Positions 1-10,127 of a DNA stretch of 64,000 nucleotides are shown one piece after another. The notes under the pieces are model-generated. The model saw only the letters and a program-made list of their open reading frames with translations. It was not told where the DNA came from and did no database searches. The translations under genes and the position numbers were made by a program. Origin of the DNA: Nitrosarchaeum sp. (GTDB taxonomy: Archaea > Thermoproteota > Nitrososphaeria > Nitrososphaerales > Nitrosopumilaceae); the NCBI GenBank assembly GCA_965223865.1, contig OZ245020.1:736001-800000 (forward strand). The letters run 5' to 3'. Position 1 is the first letter of the stretch. Every line of letters starts with the position of its first letter.

Positions 1-2
1 AC

Positions 3-1463
3 GATATCATCATACATCTACAAGAAGAACAAGAGAAATTCCTGCAGATAATGTTCAAAGCTTTGGGAATGCCAGGTGATGAGCTAAAGCAAGCCTTGAC
101 ATCAATTGCCACACTCAGACCCGAATCATTCACACCATTGCTAAACAGAGTAGAACAGTTTGCAACAGATCCTATTTTAAAAAAAGTGTTCTGTGTAAGA
201 CATGGTACCGTCAAATTTGAAGATCTGATAAAACCTGGACAATATACTATAGTTAGAATATCCTCTCTACATATACCACACCATGTGCAACCGTTGGCAA
301 TACAGGCTTTTGTGATAAAATTATGGTTCACAATTCAAGAGAGAGATGCAAGAATTGAAAATGAAAAAGACAGAAATTATGTGATATTAGCTTTAGATGA
401 ATTTCAAATTGTAAAAGACTTGCAAGTATTACCGATGATTCTATCACAAGCTAGATCCTATCATCTTGGTTTGTTATTGGCACATCAAACCACAGCTCAA
501 ATATCTGAATCTTTGCTGGAAGAAATTACTGGTAACTGTGGCACTCAACTAGCTGGAAGAATCTCAGGAAAAGATGCCTCCAAACTGGCAAATATTTGGG
601 ATCCTAAATTCTCAAAGGAGATTCAGCAGCAGTTAGCCTCCCAAGAAGACTTTCACTGGACCATAAAGATGAGGGCATCTGCAGGCCAAGAACAGCCAAC
701 TCCACTACAGTTCTGGCTACACAACCCTCCAGAATTGAGGCTAAAAGATGAGAAATTAAGAGAATTTATCATAAATCAATACAATCTGTACGGATATGGT
801 AAGATAGAAGAAAATAATGATACTTTTGAGCCTCTTTTACAAAAACAGCAACTACGAAAAAACAAGTGGTTACGATATATCACAGTTGACTTGCCAGAAT
901 CAAAACAACACTGGCAAATCATGCTGATGTTATACAATGAAAAATCATTACAACTAACTGAAATAACTGAAAAGTTGGGAGCCAAAACTCGAGATGATGT
1001 TGTATTAATTCTAAAAAAGATGGTAAAAGACAGTCTATTGAAAGCTGACAATTCTACTAGAAACACAAAATATTCCTTATCTAAAAAAACAATCAAGAAT
1101 TACTTTACATTTGATCCTAAACTGATTGGAACAGCAGAAGATATTCCTCAACTAACAGAAAAGACAGTAAAATCATATCTTGACATGGGACTATTTGTCA
1201 CTTTAGCATTACAAAAGATAGAAAAGGATGAGGACAGAACAGATCTGATAGTCTATAGTTTTGATACTGAAAAGTCAATTAGTGTGGAAATGGAATCAAC
1301 TAGTGAACTATTGAGTCATCCAGAACACGCTATATACAACATGAGAAAATGGAAAAAGATGGGATTTGACATGTGTCATGTGTGGTCGTCCAGTAAGAAA
1401 CTTCAAGAGATTTATGACAAGCAGATTGACGATACTGAAAATGTCAAGGTGTTTGTTGTTTAA
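3..1463 (+). CDS. 5'-partial VirD4/TraG/HerA-like P-loop ATPase with C-terminal wHTH and PD-(D/E)xK-like domain
   Basis: Frame open from the window edge; Walker B LALDEFQ, then ILSQARSYHLGLLLAHQ and ITGNCGT typical of coupling-protein ATPases; C-terminal TDLIVY...SVEMES. Confidence 0.75.
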   Translation, partial: DIIIHLQEEQEKFLQIMFKALGMPGDELKQALTSIATLRPESFTPLLNRVEQFATDPILKKVFCVRHGTVKFEDLIKPGQYTIVRISSLHIPHHVQPLAIQAFVIKLWFTIQERDARIENEKDRNYVILALDEFQIVKDLQVLPMILSQARSYHLGLLLAHQTTAQISESLLEEITGNCGTQLAGRISGKDASKLANIWDPKFSKEIQQQLASQEDFHWTIKMRASAGQEQPTPLQFWLHNPPELRLKDEKLREFIINQYNLYGYGKIEENNDTFEPLLQKQQLRKNKWLRYITVDLPESKQHWQIMLMLYNEKSLQLTEITEKLGAKTRDDVVLILKKMVKDSLLKADNSTRNTKYSLSKKTIKNYFTFDPKLIGTAEDIPQLTEKTVKSYLDMGLFVTLALQKIEKDEDRTDLIVYSFDTEKSISVEMESTSELLSHPEHAIYNMRKWKKMGFDMCHVWSSSKKLQEIYDKQIDDTENVKVFVV

Positions 1464-1765
1464 AGATCAAGATCTTTTAGTGGATTGATAAAGTCCTCTT
1501 CATCGTTAGATCTTATCTTCTCTTCAATTACAATTGATTTTTCATCCTCATTGGGTTGATATGATTGAACTTTGCTTAATTCAGTTTTTGTAAATTGTGG
1601 ATTGTGTTTTTTCATTACAATCAACGAATCATCTACAAGCTCAACTAAAAGATAATCATCTTGTCTTAGATTTAATTTCTTAACGATTTCAGAAGGAATA
1701 CTAACACAATATGTTGTGCCGCCTTCAATCCAAACATTCCTAATACTTTGAAATTTACTCATCAA
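1460..1765 (-). CDS. AbrB/MazE/SpoVT-family DNA-binding protein
   Basis: GTTYCVSIPSEIVKKLNLRQDDYLLV swapped-hairpin motif. Confidence 0.75.
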   Translation of the reverse strand: MMSKFQSIRNVWIEGGTTYCVSIPSEIVKKLNLRQDDYLLVELVDDSLIVMKKHNPQFTKTELSKVQSYQPNEDEKSIVIEEKIRSNDEEDFINPLKDLDL

Positions 1766-1791
1766 GATTAATCTTAGATTCTGATTTAACT

Positions 1792-1836
1792 CTGGATATT
1801 CCTGATATTCCTGAGACTCCAGATACTCCTGAAAAG
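1792..1836. repeat. Degenerate 9-bp tandem repeat x5
   Basis: ctggatatt cctgatatt cctgagact ccagatact cctgaaaag. Confidence 0.7.
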
Positions 1837-2053
1837 AAATTCATGTATAATTATTCAAATTGGCCCCATTTTAGGCACGAATTTGGACCAAAATCATCAA
1901 TTTATGGTTCATTGACATGGTTCATAGAATAGTTCGCAATTATACTATAACATAATAATCTGTAATCATAATTTTTAATCCTCTAATCCTAAAGAAGTGA
2001 ATCATCTCATTGATTCACATACTTTAACAATCAGAAAATCTAATCATTTCTAA

Positions 2054-2197
2054 ATGATTGACCCTAAAAATCTACGTGTATGTATGGAGTGTGGAACTGT
2101 ATTTACCAAACTCACATCAGATAGAATATTTCTAAAATGTCCTAATTGTAACAGTCCAAGAAGAGAGAGGATAAATTTTGAACAATCAAAATCGTAA
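2054..2197 (+). CDS. 47-aa Zn-ribbon microprotein
   Basis: Manual translation MIDPKNLRVCMECG...LKCPNCNSPR. Confidence 0.65.
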   Translation: MIDPKNLRVCMECGTVFTKLTSDRIFLKCPNCNSPRRERINFEQSKS

Positions 2198-2311
2198 TTT
2201 ATCTTATAATTCACTGGTTCAATCATAGAATGTACCGATTTTGTTTTTAATCTCAGTATGATATTTCAAACATCTAACACGAATTCATATCAGACCATAG
2301 GCAGTCATCTT

Positions 2312-2332
2312 GTATAGGGTAACACCCTATAC
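2312..2332. promoter_or_regulatory. Perfect 9-bp inverted repeat (operator or hairpin candidate)
   Basis: GTATAGGGT-aac-ACCCTATAC upstream of the RHH-like gene. Confidence 0.5.
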
Positions 2333-2390
2333 TATTTTCTCAAAATAATGTGGTATTAATACTCAAAATGACATCTTAAGATTGTATACC

Positions 2391-2549
2391 ATGTCATCTC
2401 AAAGAATAACTATAATGTTGGATTCAGAAGTATCTTCCAAACTACGAAACATACAATCAAAGATGATAAAATCATCTGATAAATCAGTTAGTTTCTCTAA
2501 AGTAATCAATAAAGTGTTAGAAGAGGGACTAAAACACTACAAATTATGA
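2391..2549 (+). CDS. 52-aa ribbon-helix-helix (CopG-like) protein
   Basis: MSSQRITIMLDSEVSSKLRNIQ...SVSFSKVINKVLEEGL. Confidence 0.7.
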   Translation: MSSQRITIMLDSEVSSKLRNIQSKMIKSSDKSVSFSKVINKVLEEGLKHYKL

Positions 2550-2642
2550 TGAGATCTCAAATGAACACTCATTAGAACAAATTCTCCTGTTAAATACATC
2601 TTCATATTCCCTACCACAATGAACACACTTTCTAAAGCTCAT
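2544..2642 (-). CDS. 32-aa CxHC...CSxxC Zn-finger microprotein
   Basis: MSFRKCVHCGREYEDVFNRRICSNECSFEISS; AAGGAG before ATG; close paralog at 44396-44494. Confidence 0.75.
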   Translation of the reverse strand: MSFRKCVHCGREYEDVFNRRICSNECSFEISS

Positions 2643-2721
2643 CTCCTTTTCTATAATTGATACAGATACTAAAAGATATTCTGATGTTGGCGGCATGGTA
2701 TCGATCAGAAATTATTATTAT

Positions 2722-3147
2722 CTATTTTGTTGATTCATAGTTTAGCGGTTTGATATTTTTAGAAAACTCATGTAGGAATTTATTGTATGACTCCATCGCA
2801 GACAGTCTCATGTTCAATTATTCCTTGAAGAGCTGATTTGACATATCCATCTGAAACGTGAAAAACTGAGAACCCACATCCGAATAGTTATCCAATATAC
2901 TGATTGTTTTCTCATCCATACCACAATTTCCAAACATCTTGTTCTCTATGGTATAACCAATATCGTAGATTTCCTCCAATAACTTCATGTATTCTCTTGA
3001 AAAATCAGAAAATGACTTGATATGTAGTGGCATCTGGGATTCTAGTGTCTTTACCATGTTTATGGTGTGTTTTTCCATGGTTTCTGAAAGTGATGATGAG
3101 GATGATTTTGATTCTGTCTCAGACAATGTATAAGATTTATTTTTCAA
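2722..3147 (-). pseudogene. Helical hypothetical protein with probable in-frame TAA at 2818-2820
   Basis: Frame continues LNMRLSAMESYNKFLHEF... for 31 aa after the stop. Confidence 0.4.
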
Positions 3148-3165
3148 ATATTTTAAGATACAAAA

Positions 3166-3315
3166 TCAAACCCACGGATTGTTGTCCCAATTCTCTATGG
3201 GAGTATTACTGATTGATTCAGTATTTTTTATCCCTTCAAACAGGCACTCATCAGAACAATGTGTCAGCCATGGATAGTCCATCTCTTTGTCACAGTTGTG
3301 GCATTTCTCACCCAT
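3166..3315 (-). CDS. 49-aa CxxC-x11-CSxxC Zn-finger microprotein
   Basis: MGEKCHNCDKEMDYPWLTHCSDECLF...NNPWV. Confidence 0.65.
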   Translation of the reverse strand: MGEKCHNCDKEMDYPWLTHCSDECLFEGIKNTESISNTPIENWDNNPWV

Positions 3316-3519
3316 TATGGTGGAATTCAGTCTTTATTGATTTTAAGATATTCTACTCATTTCATCTGGTGGAAGTTATGAAAATTAGAAAGAATTCATC
3401 AAAGTTATGAAAGTTAAATTTCAGAAGTCTAAATTATTCTCTCTTTTCTGTCACTACATACAGTTTAGGTTTGTCTTGGTTACTTGTACCTAGGGACATA
3501 TTCCATAACAAATCATGGC

Positions 3520-3885
3520 TCATTCATCAGAGACATTTTTGATTAAATTCAGTATCTCCGATATGATCTTCTGGTGGTCGTTTCCCATATTGGTATGAAC
3601 CATCAAAAGGTACCTGTCATTTATTGGAAACGACATTCTTTTCATCTTTTCGTACTCTCCCATGGAATATCTGGTCTTTCCAATTCTATATTCAATGTTT
3701 TTTCTTGTGTCCCATCTCTGTACGGCATAAAAGTGGACCATCTTCAATTCGTCTTTTGTGAGTACAGGAGTCATACCTTTTCTATATCCTCCACAGATCT
3801 TCTCGCCATTCTTGGCCATAATTACGGCATACTGGATTGACTCATCTATGTTCATTATCTGTTCATAAAACTCATCAAGGTTCAC
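3520..3885 (-). CDS. Roadblock/profilin-like protein (DUF6659-type)
   Basis: IQYAVIMAKNG...GGYRKG...IGKTRYSMGEYEKMKRMSFP; three paralogs in window. Confidence 0.7.
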   Translation of the reverse strand: MNLDEFYEQIMNIDESIQYAVIMAKNGEKICGGYRKGMTPVLTKDELKMVHFYAVQRWDTRKNIEYRIGKTRYSMGEYEKMKRMSFPINDRYLLMVHTNMGNDHQKIISEILNLIKNVSDE

Positions 3886-4322
3886 AGAATAGTTTGGGAA
3901 AGGTTGTTAAAATAAGATTCTTGTAACGATTATTTTTCTTGAAGAAATCTGTCAAAGTCCAAATGATTACCCCTATCTCTGAAATTTTCTCAGACTCGAG
4001 ATTCTAAACGAATCAAATCCACAAGATCTAAAACTTAATCGATTCTCTTAAAGAGAATCACAAGGGAATGTCATAGACTAATCCAGTATAACGTGATATC
4101 GTAAAATAAAATTTCTAGTTTAGGAGTGTCTCTTTTACTCCCAACAGAACTGTCTCTCGACCAAAGTCATCGTCGAGTTTTTGTTCATTTTGTATTAATC
4201 TTTGTTTCATGTCAATTATAGTATGTCACCATAACTATTAAACCACATCAATCTAGTTTTAGAAAAACCAAAATTCAAAATCAAGTATGTTCTGTCTTTT
4301 ATGATATTCTAGATATTATTTC

Positions 4323-4481
4323 ATGAAGATAAAATGTTCTCACTGTTCTAAAACAACTGATGTTACTCTTGATAGACTAGTCTTTGAAAACGAAGATGAA
4401 GAGGCATTTGTAACGTATTTGGAAGTAGAACTGTCTTCTTCCCAAACAAGATCGTATTTTCCAGAGGAGGAAAGAAAATGA
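4323..4481 (+). CDS. 52-aa MKIKCxxC microprotein
   Basis: MKIKCSHCSKTTDV...; ATGA overlap with next ORF. Confidence 0.45.
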   Translation: MKIKCSHCSKTTDVTLDRLVFENEDEEAFVTYLEVELSSSQTRSYFPEEERK

Positions 4482-4640
4482 GAATAAAATGTCCATGTTG
4501 TAACCATGTTTGCAGTATCTGAAGATGACATTATGCTAGACTATTCTGATGATGTGAATTATGGTGATTCTACAAAATATATTTGGGAGGAGTTGCCGTT
4601 GTTGAAATCAAGATTTTGTGTAACCTCAAAGAAAAATTAA
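4478..4640 (+). pseudogene. Frameshifted paralog of 19587-19817
   Basis: MRIKCPCCNH / SEDDIMLD...YIWEELPLLKS versus MKIKCPICCH...DDIFLD...YMWVTIPVLRS. Confidence 0.5.
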
Positions 4641-4719
4641 ACATGAAACTAACAATAAAGGAGAATTTTTTTTGTATCAGTCATTAAATTAAAAAATTAA
4701 AAAAATGTGTTATGGATTG

Positions 4720-5256
4720 TTATTCCATCATATCTCCAAAGATTTCAATCTTTTCTGTACCTGCATAAAAGAAGATATCCATCTTGTCTCCTTCAATGTA
4801 GACATCATCCCATTCCTCACCATCAACTATCACCATAAACACATCCATGATTGACGAATCCAGATTTACAATTACATTTCCATCATCTTTTGCATCTATT
4901 GATAGTGTGGCTATTCCCGATTGTTTGTCCATCTCAGTATTTTGTACTGTAGCTCCAATTATCGAGTCGACTGAGACATCACCACTCTGTGCTGATGATG
5001 CTGTTGTCATAGGAGGTGATTTTGTACTTGTTGCTGCAGATTTACTGATCTCATTATCATTTGATGTTTCTGTTTGGTTTATCTCTGAGCATAATCTGTC
5101 TCCACAGACGACCCCCTTGGTAGCTGAGCCATATTTGCCGGTACTGGTTCCTTTGCTCTTTAGGGCTTCTGCATCTGAAATCATGTCTACTGAAGTTACT
5201 ATGATCATGGTTGCAAGAATTGCAGCCATAAAAGTAACAGAGAAAATACGTCTCAT
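4720..5256 (-). CDS. Secreted protein with VCGDRLCSE motif
   Basis: Signal peptide, CGDRLC motif, S/T linker, beta-rich C-terminal domain. Confidence 0.8.
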   Translation of the reverse strand: MRRIFSVTFMAAILATMIIVTSVDMISDAEALKSKGTSTGKYGSATKGVVCGDRLCSEINQTETSNDNEISKSAATSTKSPPMTTASSAQSGDVSVDSIIGATVQNTEMDKQSGIATLSIDAKDDGNVIVNLDSSIMDVFMVIVDGEEWDDVYIEGDKMDIFFYAGTEKIEIFGDMME

Positions 5257-5371
5257 AATCTCTGTTTCATATGGTATAATTTAAGCTGGATCACACCTTT
5301 TAGCAAAAAACAGGTTTTATTCAAAATTTAAATTAACGTAAATTATTTCTCAAACATATATTCTGATTAAA

Positions 5372-5580
5372 ATGAGTTGTAATGGTGTATGCAGGAATTT
5401 TAAAGCAACAAAACCAGGCAAAGGAAGCAGATATGAGAGCATGGTCAAAAGAGATGCCAGACATGCCAACTTTTTCTAAACTGGAATGGGCTTTATTGTC
5501 CATGCTGTAATATGAAATTGCGTTTGGCCTCAATATATGTCAAGATTAAAGAAAGGTCTATTCAGATAGTTAGGATTTAA
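5372..5580 (+). pseudogene. Cys-rich Zn-finger protein with 2-nt (AG) insertion
   Basis: MSCNGVCRNFKATK...RYE / HGQKRCQTCQLFLNWNGLYCPCC; paralog at 20656. Confidence 0.7.
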
Positions 5581-5641
5581 TTAGAAAAAATCCAAAACCA
5601 ATAGTCTTTTTTTCTTTTTAAGAAATACTTGTTCTATTTTT

Positions 5642-8197
5642 GTGAAATCAAGGATATTTCTAACGGTCTTGTTGATACTTGGCAATATGACCATATTGCA
5701 TAACAATCAAACATATGCAGATGAAATTATTTTATTTGAAACCCTTCAAAGATCAGGCAGTGATGAGATATCAACAGACAATCTATACAAGGAAAGATGC
5801 TGGGTAAACGTACAAATCACAATAAAATCCTCACATCATAACATCTATCATAGAAACAATCCTGACAAGACATTTTATCCTGCAGATGCATTTGACTATG
5901 AGATAAATACATGGACTGAAGGTTGTCGTCACTTCCAACCTTGTCCGTTACAGTCAGAAAATTTGATTGGCGTTCCAAACGGTCCAGAATGCGAGATACA
6001 TGGGCATGATTCTGAAGACGACACAGTTGGTGGAACGTATGGAGCAGCATCTGACTCTGGTGTTGCAGTAATTCCTGCTGATTTTGATGATTCAGATTCT
6101 GCATCAATATCAAAGAAGGCTTCGGCTGAGCAATATGTCTGCAACAAGGTGGGAACAAAATGGGTCTGTGGGTGGCCCACAAGGACTGCAAGTGCAAGCT
6201 ACTCTCCAAATGTAATACAACCAAACATGGAAGTCACAATGGAAACTATAGGATATGAGTTTACTGAAGAAGCAGGATACACATCAAGAAACTTGGATGA
6301 ATTCTATTACGTTTGGGATGCAATCAATGTGGTTCACAATCCACATTATATGTTCAAAAATGATAGGGTTGGGACCATCTTTGTAGAATATGAAAAGATT
6401 CATGATCCGTTGGTTTTAGAGGATGAATTCTTTTGTGAATTTGCATTTTGTGTAAACACGATGGAGATATCAGGATTCTTGCCATGGACTGGAGAGTTTG
6501 ATTATGGTGGAGGAAACACTGTGTACAATGCGACTTCTTTAGAGGACATTGGAGAACACGAGATAAAGTACATTGCAAGACTGTACAATATAGCACCACA
6601 GATTGACGAGTTTATGCAAAGCATTGATGAGTTGGTGGTGGAGTACGAGCCAATCTATGACACATATGTATATCCCGTGCTGTCTGATGATGAAAAGTTA
6701 GCTATTCATGACAGGATAGGTGTTGCACTGCATTATTTTGGTTCTGAGAGTACGGATGAAAATCCAGATGATGAGATAGGTATTCATGAAGATAGACGTT
6801 CCAAAATAAATAATTATTTTTACTCTACTTGGGATGCAGACCCTTGGGAGTATGATCTGCTAGACGGCACTGTATCTGATACAGATTATTCTAATGATAT
6901 TCAATTAGTTTGGGATGAGGCACATGATGTTGGAATAATAACAAACGAATCACCTGTACAAAAATCTGAAGACATTGCAGATCAATTGATTCTGACTGAA
7001 TTTCCAGAAATAATTCCATTTGAGGTAGAACAACACGAGACTGCAAACTTTGTAAAGGCAGGATATGGCAAAATCAAGTTTGAATATCCAGGTTTGTATG
7101 ATGTTTTGGTGGATCCTGTACTGAACATTCCTAGGTTTGAAAATGCTACTGTGTTTGACACGTTGCAGTCATCATATTTTGCAGGACATAAAGTTACTCA
7201 TCTTACAAATACGGAATACATGTATCCTGAAAGTTTTTTCCATAATTCTCTGGGTGTAAAAGCAGTTGATTCAGAAGGAAATCAAGACAGTTCTATTGAA
7301 ATTATCCTAGAAATCATCCCAAGACTAGACATTTCAGGCACACAATACATTGACGGATACATGCATGATAAAATTTTGTTTGACACGCAAGATGATGGAT
7401 TCTCCCAGATAATTACCGGTCTAGACATTGACAAAAATCCAATTGCTATAGTCAATGGACATGACATTTACACTTTGGATGAGATTGAAAAATCTGGTTT
7501 TGGTTCTACATCCATAGACAAAACTAGACGAATCCTGTCATCATTTACACAATATGACATGATAGCAGATCAAACGTTTTCAAATGATGATGTGACTGAT
7601 GTTTCAAACAAGTATCTGTTGGACACTCAAGACGCAATACTGCCAATCCCATTGACAACTGGTTTGGATGCACTATCGCCATTTACCATATCAATTACGG
7701 CAAATAATGGAATCGATGAAATCACAAACACATTTGATCAGACGTGGTATGATTTCTCTATAGATTATTCATATGAGATAAACATGAATGATGATAATAT
7801 ACTAGACATCAAAAGAGATCCTGCAAATCCTAGGGTTTTGCTGTATCAATACGATGATAATTTTGGAAAAATAAAATCATTGAAGATAAATGATGTTACA
7901 ATTACTGAAGACAATTTACCAAAATGCTTTAAAATAAAATCACCAAACACTTGTGTAATCTCAGTACCACAAGAACATCAATTAGACGAGCTAAATATTG
8001 TCGCAATCAACATTTGGAATGGAAAAGCATCTACAATTTTGCCAGAAATTGATGAAACACAACTAAATCCACAACCGCCTGATGCAGAACATTTGATATT
8101 TGATGGAGTGCTAGAATCATGGATAGTCATAGTTTTAGTATTTTTGCTGATGGTTCTTGCAATATTTTGGATTGTCAAAAGGATCTATGATGAATAG
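5642..8197 (+). CDS. 851-aa acidic secreted surface protein with C-terminal TM anchor
   Basis: Signal peptide, Cys pairs, D/E-rich, hydrophobic C-terminus with basic residues; inverted paralog at 15879-18441. Confidence 0.85.
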   Translation: MKSRIFLTVLLILGNMTILHNNQTYADEIILFETLQRSGSDEISTDNLYKERCWVNVQITIKSSHHNIYHRNNPDKTFYPADAFDYEINTWTEGCRHFQPCPLQSENLIGVPNGPECEIHGHDSEDDTVGGTYGAASDSGVAVIPADFDDSDSASISKKASAEQYVCNKVGTKWVCGWPTRTASASYSPNVIQPNMEVTMETIGYEFTEEAGYTSRNLDEFYYVWDAINVVHNPHYMFKNDRVGTIFVEYEKIHDPLVLEDEFFCEFAFCVNTMEISGFLPWTGEFDYGGGNTVYNATSLEDIGEHEIKYIARLYNIAPQIDEFMQSIDELVVEYEPIYDTYVYPVLSDDEKLAIHDRIGVALHYFGSESTDENPDDEIGIHEDRRSKINNYFYSTWDADPWEYDLLDGTVSDTDYSNDIQLVWDEAHDVGIITNESPVQKSEDIADQLILTEFPEIIPFEVEQHETANFVKAGYGKIKFEYPGLYDVLVDPVLNIPRFENATVFDTLQSSYFAGHKVTHLTNTEYMYPESFFHNSLGVKAVDSEGNQDSSIEIILEIIPRLDISGTQYIDGYMHDKILFDTQDDGFSQIITGLDIDKNPIAIVNGHDIYTLDEIEKSGFGSTSIDKTRRILSSFTQYDMIADQTFSNDDVTDVSNKYLLDTQDAILPIPLTTGLDALSPFTISITANNGIDEITNTFDQTWYDFSIDYSYEINMNDDNILDIKRDPANPRVLLYQYDDNFGKIKSLKINDVTITEDNLPKCFKIKSPNTCVISVPQEHQLDELNIVAINIWNGKASTILPEIDETQLNPQPPDAEHLIFDGVLESWIVIVLVFLLMVLAIFWIVKRIYDE

Positions 8198-8261
8198 TGC
8201 ATTGTTACTTGTGTTTTTTATTATTGATACAGATTAAAAAAAAGATTAATGAAATTGCTGT

Positions 8262-8711
8262 TTATGCACTGCCTGCAATCACATTTCCCACTATCTGAAC
8301 CACATTGGGTTCATTTACCTGAACAGATAGAGTCAGATCTTTTTCAAATCTCAGTGGTGATGGAAATCCAACTGTAAAGTTGTCTACAATTCCGCCCTTG
8401 AGAAGAACTATTCCGTATGGGTTTTGTTGTGTAAGGCCCCAATTCTGTGCTGCAGCATAAGACAGGCTGGTTACATTTTTGCCATCAATATGGAGATTCA
8501 CAAAGGTCAGTCCGTTGGAGCCTCCTTGCTTTGTGACTGAGGCTGCCAAAAATACGCCTGGACCCTTGATTGACACCAAAGTGTACTTTCCTTTTTTTGG
8601 TCTAGCTTTGAGACCCTGGGTTCGTTTTGGATTGCATACTCCAGTAAGACAAGTCTTTTCTGGTTTGAGTGCTACGACTCTTGGGGTCTTTGTTCTGACT
8701 AGTTTTGCCAT
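8262..8711 (-). CDS. Hypothetical beta-rich protein (149 aa)
   Basis: ATG start, TTAAAT upstream, T-run downstream. Confidence 0.7.
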   Translation of the reverse strand: MAKLVRTKTPRVVALKPEKTCLTGVCNPKRTQGLKARPKKGKYTLVSIKGPGVFLAASVTKQGGSNGLTFVNLHIDGKNVTSLSYAAAQNWGLTQQNPYGIVLLKGGIVDNFTVGFPSPLRFEKDLTLSVQVNEPNVVQIVGNVIAGSA

Positions 8712-8808
8712 TGTGTCTTGAATTGAATTATGATATTTAAGTACAATTTTAGAATAGTTTTCTGTATGAGCTTTTTTCTCTGTTTTATTATTTTCAATAC
8801 TTTATCCT

Positions 8809-9000
8809 GTGAAAAAAATCAAGCTTCAACACAGAATATACCTTGGAAAAGACAGGAAAACAAGATATGTACAACATCGAGTGAACATTCCAGACAATAT
8901 CATTAGAAGAATAAACTGGACCAATGAAAGTCAAGTTATCGTGAAGATAAACACAAGGAAGAAGATCATAATTTTGGAGCTTAAGACCAACAACCACTAG
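8809..9000 (+). CDS. AbrB-like small DNA-binding protein
   Basis: QHRVNIPDNIIRRINW...QVIV; paralog at 10990. Confidence 0.65.
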   Translation: MKKIKLQHRIYLGKDRKTRYVQHRVNIPDNIIRRINWTNESQVIVKINTRKKIIILELKTNNH

Positions 9001-9441
9001 TAGTTGTCTGATGACAGCCCCAAAAAGCTTGGTCAAGATAACATATGTCTAATAGTATTTAGATCATACTGATGATTCCTCAGTTTGTCTTTTATACAAA
9101 TTTTGTAACAATATGGATTGTAATTCAGTGGTAAGAGTCATTAATCGTTTACCAGACCATAGTAATTACGTCCCATAAGGATTGGGCATCTTGGCCCAAT
9201 TCCAAATTATAATTTCATGATCAACGAATGTAACTTTGTCTTTTCACACCATTCACTGATGATTTGTGTGAACAATTTCTTCTTGAATCTTTTATACAAA
9301 CTTTGCAAAGAGATATCATGAATCAATCTAATAATCTGACTTGGGAAGAAGTGCAAGGACTGTCTTGGATTTTCGTTGATGAAAACGAATAACCTGTTTT
9401 CTTCCTTTTTTTCCTTTTAAACAAATTACAATTATCTTTTT

Positions 9442-10071
9442 GTGAAAAAGATCAAGATCTATCTTCCGCTGTTTGTAATTATTATGACTACAATTGGTTT
9501 GACATTTGATGTGATAATTCCAAATGTGTATGCTTCGACTCTGCCTATCTACAATGAGCAGGTTTCGTATCAGAAAAATAATTTATGGCATCTTGGAAAG
9601 AATCTATCAATTGGTGATTCATATACTTACAAGATATGCGATCCTTCTGCCATACTGAACTATTCAGCTGAAAGCTACCATTACTTTACAAAAGATCTGG
9701 AACACAACTCTAGTCTATGTTATATTATAAAACTAGATTTTGTCAACCTGCTAAATTCAGATGAAAACCAGATTAACAGCGACATCTGGGTAGTTCAGGC
9801 GTCAATCAGTGACATTTTAGGCACGGATAACTCCATTAGACGCTCAGTATTTCATATTGATTCTGATAACTTTGAGGTTAGATCAGCTGACACCATCCAT
9901 CCAGACACAATAAGATACACTCAATCCTTGGAAAATACAATATTTTCAATTGTCAAATACACTGCATCTGAACCTAAATTTCTGCAAGAAGGATCATGGA
10001 TAATAGTAATTTTGGTGTTTTTGCTGATGATACTTGTGATATTTTGGATAATCAAAACGTATTGGAAATAA
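9442..10071 (+). CDS. Secreted protein with TM tail homologous to that of the 851-aa protein
   Basis: Signal peptide; paralog at 15233; tail SWIIVILVFLLMILVIFWIIK. Confidence 0.75.
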   Translation: MKKIKIYLPLFVIIMTTIGLTFDVIIPNVYASTLPIYNEQVSYQKNNLWHLGKNLSIGDSYTYKICDPSAILNYSAESYHYFTKDLEHNSSLCYIIKLDFVNLLNSDENQINSDIWVVQASISDILGTDNSIRRSVFHIDSDNFEVRSADTIHPDTIRYTQSLENTIFSIVKYTASEPKFLQEGSWIIVILVFLLMILVIFWIIKTYWK

Positions 10072-10127
10072 AACAGAACATCAAATAACTACAAAATCTT
10101 TAAGGATTCGTTTATCTATTATTTTAA

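Noticed and set aside
2312-2332. Hairpin as a Xer/dif site
   Set aside because: Arms and spacer (9-3-9) do not fit the 11-6-11 dif layout
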